From NCBI GenBank assembly GCA_964016885.1, contig OZ024741.1, forward strand, positions 62,682,001 to 62,746,000: a stretch of DNA of 64,000 bases, in the 5' to 3' direction. This DNA comes from Eledone cirrhosa (Eukaryota). The notes under the pieces are model-generated. The model saw nothing but the letters and a program-made list of their open reading frames with translations. It was not told the DNA's origin and ran no database searches. The translations under genes were made by a program, and so were the position numbers. Below, one piece after another: positions 52,688-64,000 of the stretch (position 1 is its first letter; the number at the start of each line of letters is the position of its first letter).

Positions 52688-55600
52688 GCGCGGAGACATA
52701 GAAATAATCGGGCGCGATGCCCGATCGCGCAGTTAAACCACTGGGAGTGAAGAACCCCTAGACGTTGTCAGGGCATTCTTCTAGGAGAAGGCATCTCAGG
52801 AAACTGGGTTAACTCCGATATAAAACCTGCGGCTCAGTAGTTACCGATGATGTTGATCTTTTCTTCTTTTCGGGTTATAGATACTGTCGCTCAGAGAGTG
52901 GGATTGGCTCAGTGCACAGTCTTTCCTCACTTTAAAAATATTCGTCACGCACAGGCATTGCACGAGTGCATTAATAATTATTAATAGTGTACTATTATTA
53001 TTATTATTATTACTATTATTATTACTTTTTTTTTTTTTTTTTTTTTCCAATTCAATGATGTTCCAGAACAATATAAAAGAGATAATTGGCAATTTAGGTT
53101 CTGGAACAAAAAAGATAATTGGCAATAAGGGCAGGGGCCCCAGGTTATCACAGCCTGGGCCCGCTCGTCATCGTGCCATTGTAATAGAGCCAAACAAGGC
53201 ATTTAGTCTTGGCTGCTGGAACGTACGGACGCTGCTTGACAGGGATTCCTTGGGACGTCCTGAACGAAGGACCGCTCTTGTTGCAAAGGAGCTTCGACGT
53301 TACGATCTTGACATCGTGGCTTTATCTGAGACGAGGCTAGCTGGAGATGGTCATCTTACGGAATTTTGTGGAGAATATACATTCTTCTGGAAAGGAAGAG
53401 ATGAAGGAACCAGAAGAGAGGCTGGGGTAGGATTTGCTGTTAAGACTGTGCTTGTGAACAAATTAGAAGAATTCCCAGTAGGGATTAGTGAGCGTCTTAT
53501 GTCCATGAGAGTTCCGCTGGACAAGGGAAGATATGCTACCCTGGTGAGTGTGTATGCTCCAACTATGAGTTCTGTCGATGAGGAAAAGGTGTCCTTTTAC
53601 CATGCCTTGAAAGGTGTTTTAAGAAATATCCCTCAGGCAGACAAAGTCATCGTGCTTGGTGACTTTAATGCTAGAGTGGGTAGGGATTTTAACACATGGA
53701 ATGTAATCGGAAGGCATGGGGTGGGAAAGTGTAACAGCAATGGTATGCTCCTGCTGCAGATGTGTGAGGAGCTGGATCTGTGTGTTACCAACACCATGTT
53801 CCAACAAAAGAACAAATTCAAGACCACATTCATGCATCCTGCATCGAAGGAATTGCATCTTTTGGACTACGTCCTAGTCAGGATGCGTGACAGACAGGAT
53901 GTGCAGTGTGTTCGTGTTCTTCGTGGAGCTGAGTGCTGGACGGAAAACCGCCTGGTACGCGCAAAAGTGAAACTAATCACTAAACCTAAAATCCGGGCTC
54001 CTGGTGTTGCCCTGCCCAAAAGATTGAATGCTGCTCGTCTTAAGGATAAAAATGTGAAGAGGACATTGGAAGAAGAGATGCAGGCTGCAGATCTTGGTGA
54101 GGATTGTCCGACCCTTAAAAAGTCGGTTTATGATGTAGGCAGGCGTGTTCTGGGATTGGCGCAGAGGAAACATCAGGACTGGTTTGATGAGAATGATGTA
54201 CATATAGAAGACTTGTTGGCCGATAAGAGGTGTGCTCTGTCACGCTACTTGACGGCAAAACCACAGGAGAGGAATACGTTGCATGAGGAACTCAGGGATG
54301 TAAAATCACGTGTTAGGCGGAGTCTTTCTCAGATGAAGGATCAGTGGTGGAGTGAGAAGGCTGTTGAGATACAAACTGCGTCTGATTCCAATAACACAAA
54401 GCTGTTGTACAGTCTCTTGAGTGAGGTTTATGGACCGTCTTCTTCTCTGGTGACACCGCTTCGCAGCAGGGATGGCAAAGAACTTCTTCGTGACTCACAA
54501 GGAATTCTACGAAGGTGGCGAGAGCACTTTGATGATCTTTTGAATCAGCCGTCTGTCGTCAGTGAAGATTTCCTCAATCTCATTCCAGAAAATCCTGTGA
54601 AGGTAGCTCTCGCAGACCCTCCGACGGTTGTGGAGGTTGCAGTGGCTATTTCGAAGCTGAACAGTGGAAGATCTCCAGGTATGGATGGCATACATGCTGA
54701 GCTCCTACAATATGGTGGTGAGAGACTCCTGCAACATCTTCACTCTTTGTTTGGAAGGATATGGGCTAATGAATCCGTACCTGAGGACTGGAGAGATGCA
54801 GTAATGGTGGTCTTGTACAAGGGAAAGGGTAACAAGAACGATTGTGGGAACTACAGAGGTATATCATTGCTTTATGTCGTAGGGGAAAGTTTTATGTAGG
54901 GTGCTTCTGGACCGACTGGTGACACACATTGCAGATTGTGTTCTTCCTGAAAGTCAATCTGGTTTTCCTGCTGGACGCGACACTACTGATATGATCTTCT
55001 CAGCTAGACAGCTCCAGGAGAAGTGCAAGGAACAAGGCTTGGATCTGTGTCAGGTTTTTGTCGATCTGACAAAAGCTTTCGATACTGTTAACAGAGATGC
55101 ATTATGGAATGTTCTCCAGAAACTTGGTTGCCCTGATAAGTTCCTTGCTTTAGTTAGGTCTTTCCATGATGACATGAAGGCTTGGGTTAATGTCGGGGGT
55201 ACCATGTCGGAGCCTATCTCAGTAAAAAATGGAGTGAAACAGGGGGATATTCCAGCACCGACCCTGTTTGCCATATACTTTGCAATGGTTTTCTGTATTG
55301 CATTCAGGAATTGCGAGCATGGTGTTTACATCCGATATCGAACCTCAGGCAGCATATTTAACATCAGGCGCTTTGTTGCGAAGACAAAAGTATTTACATC
55401 AATCATATGAGACCTCTTGTATGCAGATGATTGCGATCTTGTAGCGCACACAGAGAGTGATATGCAGCACATTTTGAATGCATTTTCTGACGCTTGCACT
55501 GCCCTAGGTCTGACTGTCAGTCTCAAGAAAACAGTTGTTATGTACCAACCTGTCCCTGGTAAGCAGTGCACTGAACCAAACATCTATGTGTATGGCAAAC

Positions 55601-56605
55601 GACTTGGAGTGGTTGATCAGTTTGTCTACCTGGGAAGCACTGTCAATCGATACATCAACCTTGATAGTGAAATCTCACTTAGGATTAGGAATGCAAGTGA
55701 TGCTTTCGGAAAGCGAGAAAGGCGACTCTGTGGTCGGCGAGACATATGCAGGAGGACAAAGATAAAGGTGTACAGGGCATGTGTGCTCTCTTGTCTTCTT
55801 TATGCCTGCGAGACCTGGGTCACATATCGACACCACCTTAAGCAATTGGAGCGTTTCCATCAGATGTGTCTCAGACGGATTCATGGCGTTCACTGGAGGG
55901 ACCACATCAGTGATGTCGAGATTTTGGGAAGCTCTGTGTGACAGTATAGAAGCTCTTGTGCTTAAGCAACGACTCCGTTGGAGTGGTCACCTTGCCAGGA
56001 TGAAGGATTCTAGAATACCAAAACAACTCTTTTATGGAGAGTTGGTTAAAGGAAAATGACCGCCACATAAACCAAAAAAGAGGTATAAGGATTCCTTGAA
56101 AGCCTCTCTGAAAGACGCTAACATCTCTGCTGATACATGGGAGAATATTGCTGCTGATCGTAATAAATGGAGAAAGACTGTATATGAGGGAAAAGTTGCC
56201 TTTGAGGCATCTCGAATCGCATACGAGAAAGTAAAGCGGGGTGTGAGGAAGGGCATTGCTGTTGCACTTCCAGACGGCGAGGGTCCTCCTATGGTGCTGA
56301 CATGCAGTGTATGTGCGAGACTCTGCCTAAGCAAAGCTGGACTCGAAAGTCATCTTCGCAGTCATAAGGTAAGACCAGTGGTTGACTACCAGGCTGCTGT
56401 TGGAGATGCTACTCATCATGCTTGCCAAACATGTGGTAGAGAATGTAAATCAGCAGGAGGGCTCAAGCGACATGCAAAAGTACACGAACTCCAACCACAG
56501 CCGACTATTCCCAGTAAATGTTTTGGTTGCCGACTCTGTGCAAGACATTTTAGATCATTGGCTGGGCTAAAAAGCCACATTCGATCGCAGCGCTGTTAGT
56601 TGCTA
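52688..56605 (+). mobile_element. Near-full-length RTE-clade LINE
   Basis: 5'UTR with a CTAGGAGAAGG motif, single APE-RT reading frame, ends in (TG)n. Confidence 0.9.
53055..56599 (+). pseudogene. RTE polyprotein: APE + RT + three C2H2 zinc fingers; few lesions
   Basis: WNVRTL, LSETR, YAPT, GDFNA, NYRGISLL, VDLTKAFD, GVKQG, YADD, YLGS, RLRWSGH. Frameshifts at ~54885 and ~55935; stops at ~55410 and ~56059. Confidence 0.92.
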
Positions 56606-56709
56606 TCGTGTGTGTGTGTGTGTGTAGATATGCTTATGTGTGTGCGTGTGTGTGTATATATATATGTATGTGTATATTATTATTGTTGTTGTCGTTATTA
56701 TTATTGTTG

Positions 56710-56740
<31 letters not shown>

Positions 56741-56766
56741 ATGTGTGTGTGTATATGTGTGTGTGA

Positions 56767-56824
<58 letters not shown>

Positions 56825-56875
56825 ATATGTATATATATATATATATTTCGTTTTTTTTATAATATATATATATAT

Positions 56876-56958
<83 letters not shown>

Positions 56959-57020
56959 TATATATATATATACGTATATATAAAAGAAGAAATTAAAAGA
57001 TGGTTAAAAAGTTCCATATA

Positions 57021-57086
57021 TTTTATTATGCGCATTTCGAGAACAACATCATCCTGGGACAAACATTTTTTTCTCATCAGATAAAA
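57021..57086 (-). ncRNA. Minimal type-I hammerhead ribozyme in the Naiad pLTR
   Basis: TTTTAT-CTGATGA-GA...TC-GAAATGCGCATA-ATAAAA; palindromic helix III ATGCGCAT; helix II partly degenerate. Confidence 0.72.
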
Positions 57087-57250
57087 CAAGGTAACATGAT
57101 ATGAGGCCTAAAACCACTTGTGAACAAGAAAGTGTCCAGTATACATATGACAAAAATATAAGAGTAAGAGAAAAATCGGAAAAATGAAGAAAAGGAAAGA
57201 AGGAAAAACGAATAAAAATAGAAGAGAGGAAAAAAGAAAGAAAGAAGGAG

Positions 57251-57324
<74 letters not shown>

Positions 57325-58078
57325 GGGTGAGAGAGAGACTTTTGATCAGGAGCGCTGTCAAAATGAAAACGGCTGTTAGTAACGGCTAAAAAAATAAGTA
57401 AATAAATAGATGAGGTGTATGTGCGAATATTACAAATATTAGAGGTCTAGAATATAGAAACTGGGTATATTATTTTATATACTAAAAATTGGATTAAGAA
57501 GTGTAAAGAATGTATTAATAAAATAAAATAAAATAAAATAAAATAAAATAAAATAAAATGAAATGAAATGAAATGAAATGAAAAATAAAATAAAATAAAA
57601 TAAAATTAAATTAAATTAAATTAAATTAAATTAAATTAAATTAAATTAAAATAATTATAAAAAAGGTTTAAAAAAAAGGTTTTTAAAATAAAATAAAATA
57701 AAATAAGATAGACTAGAATAAAAAATAAAAATAAAAATAAGAATATTGTATGTATGTCATAATTAAAAATTACTATTAAAAATCTATATAAGGGGTATAC
57801 TATTTAATTATTATTTTATATCAACAAGTAAATTAAGGAAATAGCTAGAAAGGTTTATAAATGTAGAAAGACATATCGTCATAGTTTGTTTACAAAATCT
57901 ACGAAGGTTTGAACGAAAATTTAAGGCTATAGAGAAAAAAAAAGGTGAAAGGCTTAAAATGTGCTGGGAAAACTGAGTTAATACATTGTAGAATATAATG
58001 AAATATGTGTGTAAAAATGTGTGTGAAAAAATATATGTGTAAAAAATATGTATGTGTAAAAAATTAACCGTTAGGACA

Positions 58079-59120
58079 TTAGCTGTATACTTTGTGAAAG
58101 GTCTTGAAAGATTTATGATTACAAAGTCCAAATAAAACTGTACGTCTATTTATTAAAGAGTTGAATTTCAAGATAATGGTATATTTTTCAGCTAGACATA
58201 AATTACAAACCCTAGATATGGAATCATTGGAGTATGGAAAAGCGTTGCACATTTTACGCCAAGAAATTTCGTAATTAATGTTTTTGTCTTTTAAGGAGCA
58301 AATAAGTTCTGAGAGTGCGGTGCTGGTCCTTTTAAGTGGATATTTACACGTAGAAGAAGAATTATAGAGTCTTGCTTTAAAAGAGGTAGAAGTAGAGCCA
58401 ATGTAGGTATAGGAATTGTTACTAATTACCACTTTACATTCGTATATTAGGTTTTTATCGGGACAGAAATTACTAAGAGGACAATTAGTTCTAATAGGGC
58501 AGTTGCATTTACGATTAAGATTAATAACAGAGTTATTTGTAAGTGGCCGAGGATTAATTATAATAGGAACTGGAGTGGTGGAATTAGCTAAAGGAGGTGT
58601 TACAGTTTCAGGATTTACATTAGTATTTGAAACATTCCTCAAAGTTACGTTTGACATCGTATTTATATTTGTGTTATTTTGCCTAGACTTTACTTTGACG
58701 TCGGGCCTTAGAGTGTTATTATTATGACTCTCATGGTTAGCTGTATATGAGTTATTTAATATTTCAGAATTATGTATTGATATAATTTTAGAAATGTTGG
58801 AAGTAGTGGAATATGAGAATTTAATGGTATGCTTATTGAAAATCTTGCTATATATATGTGAAGTGGGGAAGCTGTTATCTAAAGCCCTAAAAAATAATTC
58901 AGGGATATTGCTAATAACTGGAAGAGAGAAGGGAGTGTTGTACCAAAGGATATTTTTATATCTAGGTCTCCTTCTTTTGTTACTGGTATGATTATTACTA
59001 GCTGCATTACTATAAGTTCTGGCAAGATTAGCTTCCTTAGTGTATCTAATTTTGTCTGGATATCCAGCCCTAGATAACGCATTATTATAATAGTTGGCAT
59101 TAGCATCAAAGATATCTTTA
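58079..59120 (-). pseudogene. Naiad-type PLE C-terminus (RT thumb/linker + GIY-YIG endonuclease)
   Basis: WYNTPFS...KIFNKHTIKFSYS...; CNC..TNCPL..C...LIY...YIGST...FKAR...TALS...W...CNLCLAEK...INRR..L...CNH. Confidence 0.85.
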
Positions 59121-59204
59121 TTAGACCTCTAATTATATCTTTACTAGACCTCTAATATTTGTAATATTCGAACATACACATCATCAATTTTTTTTTTTAT
59201 ATAC

Positions 59205-59236
<32 letters not shown>

Positions 59237-59514
59237 GTATATGGAGCGTTTTTAACCATCTTTTAATTTCTTCTTTAATATATACTCCAGTTCTACCAAC
59301 TGTTGAGTGCTACTTATCTGATATATGCATAGTTTTATTATTCTACATAAATAAATGCCATTGTTAAATAATAAATAAATCAACTAATACCTTAACACTT
59401 CACACAAAGTAAAACATTTCGTTTTAATCATTTTCTAACCCAGAAAAAAGAGAGAGAGAAACAAAAAAGGAAAAAAAAAATTTTTCTTTCTAATAATCGT
59501 CTCTTTCTCCCTGT

Positions 59515-59629
<115 letters not shown>

Positions 59630-59680
59630 CGTATATATATATACGTATATATATGTATATATATATACACATATATACAT

Positions 59681-62545
59681 ATCATCATCAGGTCGAGCTT
59701 GCTCGGGTTTCTACGACACGTTTCTACGACACGTTTCTACGACTATGTATTGAGAAAAGCTCTGGACGAAAACTTAGAGCTTGGTTTCACTCTCACAAAG
59801 CGAAAGTGTAGACGCCATGCATCTCAGAAAATCACCGATGCTGACTATGCGGATGATTTAGCGGTCCTCGCTGACTACCTTCAGGATGCAACATCACTAC
59901 TTCACAGCATCGAATCAGTTGCAAAGGAAATCGGACTCTATGTCAACGCAGGCAAAACAGAATATATTTGCCTGAAAAAAGACTCCTGAGTTGGTATGCG
60001 AAGTCTAAACGGCGATATAATCAAGTAAGTTGACGACTTCAAATACCTGGGTAGCTATATCACCTCCACAGAATATGATGTTAACATCAGACTGGGAAAA
60101 GCCTGGGGAGCATTGAATGCAATGGAAAAAATATGGAAATCAAACCTGCCGGCCAAACTGAAAAGGAATTTCTTCAGAGCTGCTGTGGAATCTGTGCTTG
60201 TTTATGGTTCAATCACTTGAACGCTAACGTCGAAACTGGAGAAAAAGCTAGACGGGGCATACACACGTATGCACCGTGCTGCTTTAAACGTGTCTTGGAG
60301 GGAACACCCAACAAATAAGGATCTCGATGGCAATATACCACCTATCAGCAGGTCAATACGTGGACAGGGACTGAGATTTGCTGGCCACTGTTAGCGCAGC
60401 AAGAAAGATATAGCATGTGATGTGTTGTTATGGAGTCCATCTCATGGAGCAAGAAACGCTGGTCGTCACAAGAAGACATGCGTCAAGCAACTTGAGGACG
60501 ATACTGGATGCGCTGCGGAAGTACTGGCAAACGCTATGAGAGACAGAGATGGATGGAGGAAACGTGTCGTAGAAATCCTGCAATGATGTCAAAGAAGTTG
60601 TTATCTCCATCAAGTGATCGCACCATTGCGCGGGTGTTTTTATATAACATCATGATGGCATTTACTGTTTCCTTTGGCAAGCCGTAGGCTAGAAGTATCT
60701 CTCTCATCCTCCCACGATGGATGGAATCGAATGCTTTTGAAAAGTCAATAAACAGGAGAGTTGCTGGGAGGTTTTTGGCTTTTACGCCTTCCAAGATACG
60801 CTGAATAGTAAGTATTTGCCCTGATGTTGATCTTGGTGCGGAAGTCATTTTGGTTTTTTCTCAGCAAGGGGTCAATGACAGGTCTTATTCTGTCAAACAG
60901 CATGAGATTGTATATCTTTGCGGCAATTGCCATTAGTGTTATGCCACGGTAATTTTTAGTCATTCCAAGATCGCCCTTTTTGGGAAAAGGGAGTATACAT
61001 CCCTCAGTCCATTTGTCTATGGGGTCTTGATTATAGACACCATTACACAACTCTAGTAGGATTGGGTGAAATTCAGGTACCTTCCACACTTCAGCTGGGA
61101 TCTCGTCGAGTCCGCACGCTTTTCCGTTACCAATACTTTTCACTGCTTTCTGTAGTTCCTCCATAGTGAAAGGACCGTTCTGTATTTGGGGTTACTCTGT
61201 AAAAACGGGTATTATTTCTTCTTCGATGATCTGTGGTGCTTTGCCAAGTAGGTTCTGAAAATGTTGTTGCCACAGTTATAAACGTTCGTCTTGGCTGGAG
61301 GCTTTCAGTTTGGCTCTGTCACTACTTTTTCTGCCACTAATTTCATAGACAGTTTTCCAGGCTTCAGCACACTTCTTATTGCTGACGGTACTCGAGATAT
61401 GATTGATCTTTCTCTGCATGTATTCGGCTTGCTCAATTTCATACTCACTTTTCAGTGCTGTACAAGCAGCATTGAAGTTACTAATGTTTTATGGAGATCG
61501 TTGAGTGTCTTTCAATTCTGCAGCTTTTCGCAACTCTTTGCGCTTTTTTCGTATCCTCTCTGTTTCCCAGGATTTTCATTTTTTAACCTGATTGCAGTCG
61601 AAAAATCAGATACTGGGAAACATACACGGAGAAAACAACCAACCAGACTTGTACACGGAAAGAAAGACATCTTTGCTGGTACACTCAATGTTCAAACACT
61701 CCAGAAAGACCATAAAATCCCGGAACTGATTGCTTCAGCAGGGGCGACCAACGATGATGTTATCTGTCTTCACGAGCACCGGTTCATACATGAAGAGCTT
61801 GTAACAAAGGAGCAAATATTTGGCAATTGGAGGCTGATAACCTGCTCAGCTTGGAAAAACAACATGGTGGAGTTGGAATGCTTTTCAGCCCGCGAGCCTA
61901 TGATGCACATGCGAGTGTTGAAATGATAACACCGAGGATAATGATAGCTACGTTTAACGGGAATCCTAAAACAAATGAAATCTCTTGCTATAGTCCAACA
62001 AATGTATGTGACATGGCCGAAGTAGAGAGGTTTTACATGGAACTAACATCACTCACTAGACAAATCCCAAAACATAATGTTCTCATCATTGGCGGAGACT
62101 TCAACGCGCGTCTTGGACAGCTTGATGGATTCAAATTCTCATACCACTCACAAACCAATAGAAACGGTTGTATGCTAAAAGATTACTTGTGTGAGAACAA
62201 TCTACGATGTCTCAACGCCATATTCCAAAAAAATCCAGGCCAGCGATGGATACACAAATCTCCAAATGGCGACAAGACACAACTGGACTATCTCATAATC
62301 AATCGAAAATGGAAGAACAGCGCAAAAAACTGCAGAGCATATGACTCATTTGTTAGTGTTGACTCGGATCATCGCATTGTCTCGGCCAAGATACGATTAG
62401 GTCTCTGAGTGGATAAAAAGAAATCTGCAAATGCTACTCCTTACAACTGGACAGTTCTAAATACCAATCCTGAGACTTATAAAACCTTTGTAACCCAACT
62501 GAGCAACCGATTTTCTGCCCTACAAGACTTTGCGCCAACAAAATT
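59681..62545. mobile_element. RTE-like LINE (second family), overall minus strand, with two inverted segments
   Basis: (TGA)n tail on minus at 59681. RT C-terminal half (DYADD, YLGS) on + at ~59740-60575; linker/RT N-terminal half (NYRGITL, IDFSKAFDS) on - at ~60575-61585; APE (LNVQTL, CYSPT, GDFNA, DSDH) on + at ~61590-62545. Confidence 0.85.
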
Positions 62546-63147
62546 GACAAAGTCGTTTGGAAGACTCGACAATACAAATGGATAAATCTCCGGGTAACAA
62601 GGTCCGGTGGTGGAGAGAGAGATGTAAGTGGGTGTACGTTGAGATGCGTGGTGTGTATAAGATGTGTGAGATGTGTAGAATGAAGGGAAGAGTATAAAGG
62701 ATAAAATAAAAATAACAACACAAGAGAGAGTTACCTTGGGAGAGATTTAATAGTCCCTATATATTTCGGATTCACATCCATCAGCTGGGGTTTTTTCCGG
62801 GGTGGGGGAAAAGGTTGTCTGTCGGACAAGTCCGGAACGCGTCCTTCGCTGTTTGTTGTTTTGAATATCTGAGGTATTCGGCAGAGCGCGCATGCGCGTG
62901 AAATGGGGTCGGTCGTACAGAGGTCAGCGGCCGAATGAGGGAGTGGGATGGTGCTAGCTGTCAGTCCATTCTCTGCCTGTTTGTTAAATGTTACTGTGTG
63001 TGTGTGTGCGTGTGTTGTTGTCTCGCTTGAGTGTGTGTGTGTGTGTGCGTGTGTTGTTGCCTTCTTCCTCTGTATTGGCAGTGTAGTATGTTCGTATGGT
63101 GGAATGCTACTGTGTGTGTGTGCGTGTGTGTGTGTAGTTGTCTCGTT

Positions 63148-63186
<39 letters not shown>

Positions 63187-63322
63187 GTTGTGTGTTGTTG
63201 AATCCCTTGTTAAATTAAACCAGCCATCTCATTTCGCTTCTCTCTGATCGGTTGTTTATTTGCGGTTGCAGTCGTTTGATAAAAAGCGCTTCCTTGATAC
63301 GTAACGTGCCGACGTTTCTTTC
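62546..63322 (-). mobile_element. Second Penelope family fragment: GIY-YIG C-terminus + pLTR + tail
   Basis: TERNVGTLRIKEALFIKRLQPQINNRSERSEMRWLV* is homologous to the array's TERSIGSLRIKEALVIKNLRPPLNNRAERNELTWLI*. Confidence 0.8.
62755..62790 (-). ncRNA. Non-canonical hammerhead-like motif in the pLTR of the second Penelope family
   Basis: CCC-CAGCTGAT-GGAT GTGA ATCC-GAAATATATA-GGG. Confidence 0.55.
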
Positions 63323-63814
63323 AGTCGGATGCTCCGAAGAACTGACTGGTTATAATTTTGTATTGGCGATCGAGTAACGTGAAAACAAGCGAATAGCGAT
63401 CTCTAGACCTACCAGTTCAGAGAAACAATTGTCAGCTATGAGATTAAAAACCTTTTTTGTATAGAAAACCATGTCAACCTTCTTTCCTGATTTATATATA
63501 TATATATATATACCACGTATATATATATATGTGAACTAACTGCTGTGGAACTACTTCTACCAAACTCGTCTTATCGACTGAGTGCTCTACTACTGCGGAT
63601 ATAACCCTCCAGTGTTTTACTATATATATATATATATGATAAAAATGAGAGTTATTTTAATTAAAAAAAAAGGAGATGTCCTACATGGCTGAAAGTATAG
63701 GGAAAAGAAATCAAAAATGCAACTGGAGTCTTTATAAGAATATTTTCTTTACCGGTTTCACAGTTCTTATGCTTTTCAAAAGTAGAATTGAGATGGAGAC
63801 TTGTGGTTTGCAAG

Positions 63815-64000
63815 ACAATTCATCTATATGTTCATAATTTTCTTTAAATCCGTCTTGATGCTTTCTTTGTACCAATCCCAGAACACGCCTTCCTACATCA
63901 TGAATTGACTTTTTAAGGGTCTGCCAAACCTCACCAATATCTGCAACATTAATTTCTTCTCGCAATGTCCTCTTCACACTATTATCCCTGAGACGAGTAA
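63815..64000 (-). mobile_element. Fragment of an RTE related to the 52.7-56.6 kb element (continues past the window edge)
   Basis: KRTLREEINVADIGEVWQTLKKSIHDVGRRVLGLVQRKHQDGF vs KRTLEEEMQAADLGEDCPTLKKSVYDVGRRVLGLAQRKHQDWF. Confidence 0.85.

Larger units (their letters stand above)
56970..59430 (-). mobile_element. Naiad-type Penelope-like element, 5'-truncated, with an inverted partial pLTR
   Basis: GIY-YIG coding region plus pLTR with hammerhead. 59143-59185 mirrors ~57410-57452 and ~59240-59280 mirrors ~56980-57020. Confidence 0.8.

Noticed and set aside
52688-52760. Possible HDV-like ribozyme at the RTE 5' end
   Set aside because: A nested hairpin is present (GCGCG/CGCGC, ATCGGGC/GCCCGAT), but I could not fit the P1.1/P2/P3/P4 double pseudoknot.
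58079-58657. Selenocysteine recoding as known for some Naiad elements
   Set aside because: Conserved positions are ordinary Cys, there is no in-frame UGA in this ORF, and no SECIS was recognised.

Overview
AT-rich, microsatellite-dense eukaryotic DNA made almost entirely of transposable elements. The SINE families suggest a cephalopod (octopus-like) genome; that is an inference. I found no host protein-coding gene. Contents: an IR/DR Tc1 element, a degenerate DD37D-type transposase, many tRNA-derived Deu/Nin-domain SINEs, a Tx1/L1 LINE, an R4/Dong LINE, a near-full-length RTE with three C-terminal C2H2 fingers, and a doubly inverted RTE-like LINE. It also holds a 14.8-kb tandem array of four Penelope elements sharing the same inactivating lesions, a Naiad-type Penelope fragment and a second Penelope fragment. 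The most striking layer is non-coding. At least four unrelated type-I hammerhead ribozyme motifs sit in the inverted arms of fold-back elements inserted into (TA)n, one nested in another, and are followed by a recurrent GAGTG(C) tail motif. A non-canonical hammerhead-like motif with helix covariation is shared by two Penelope families.
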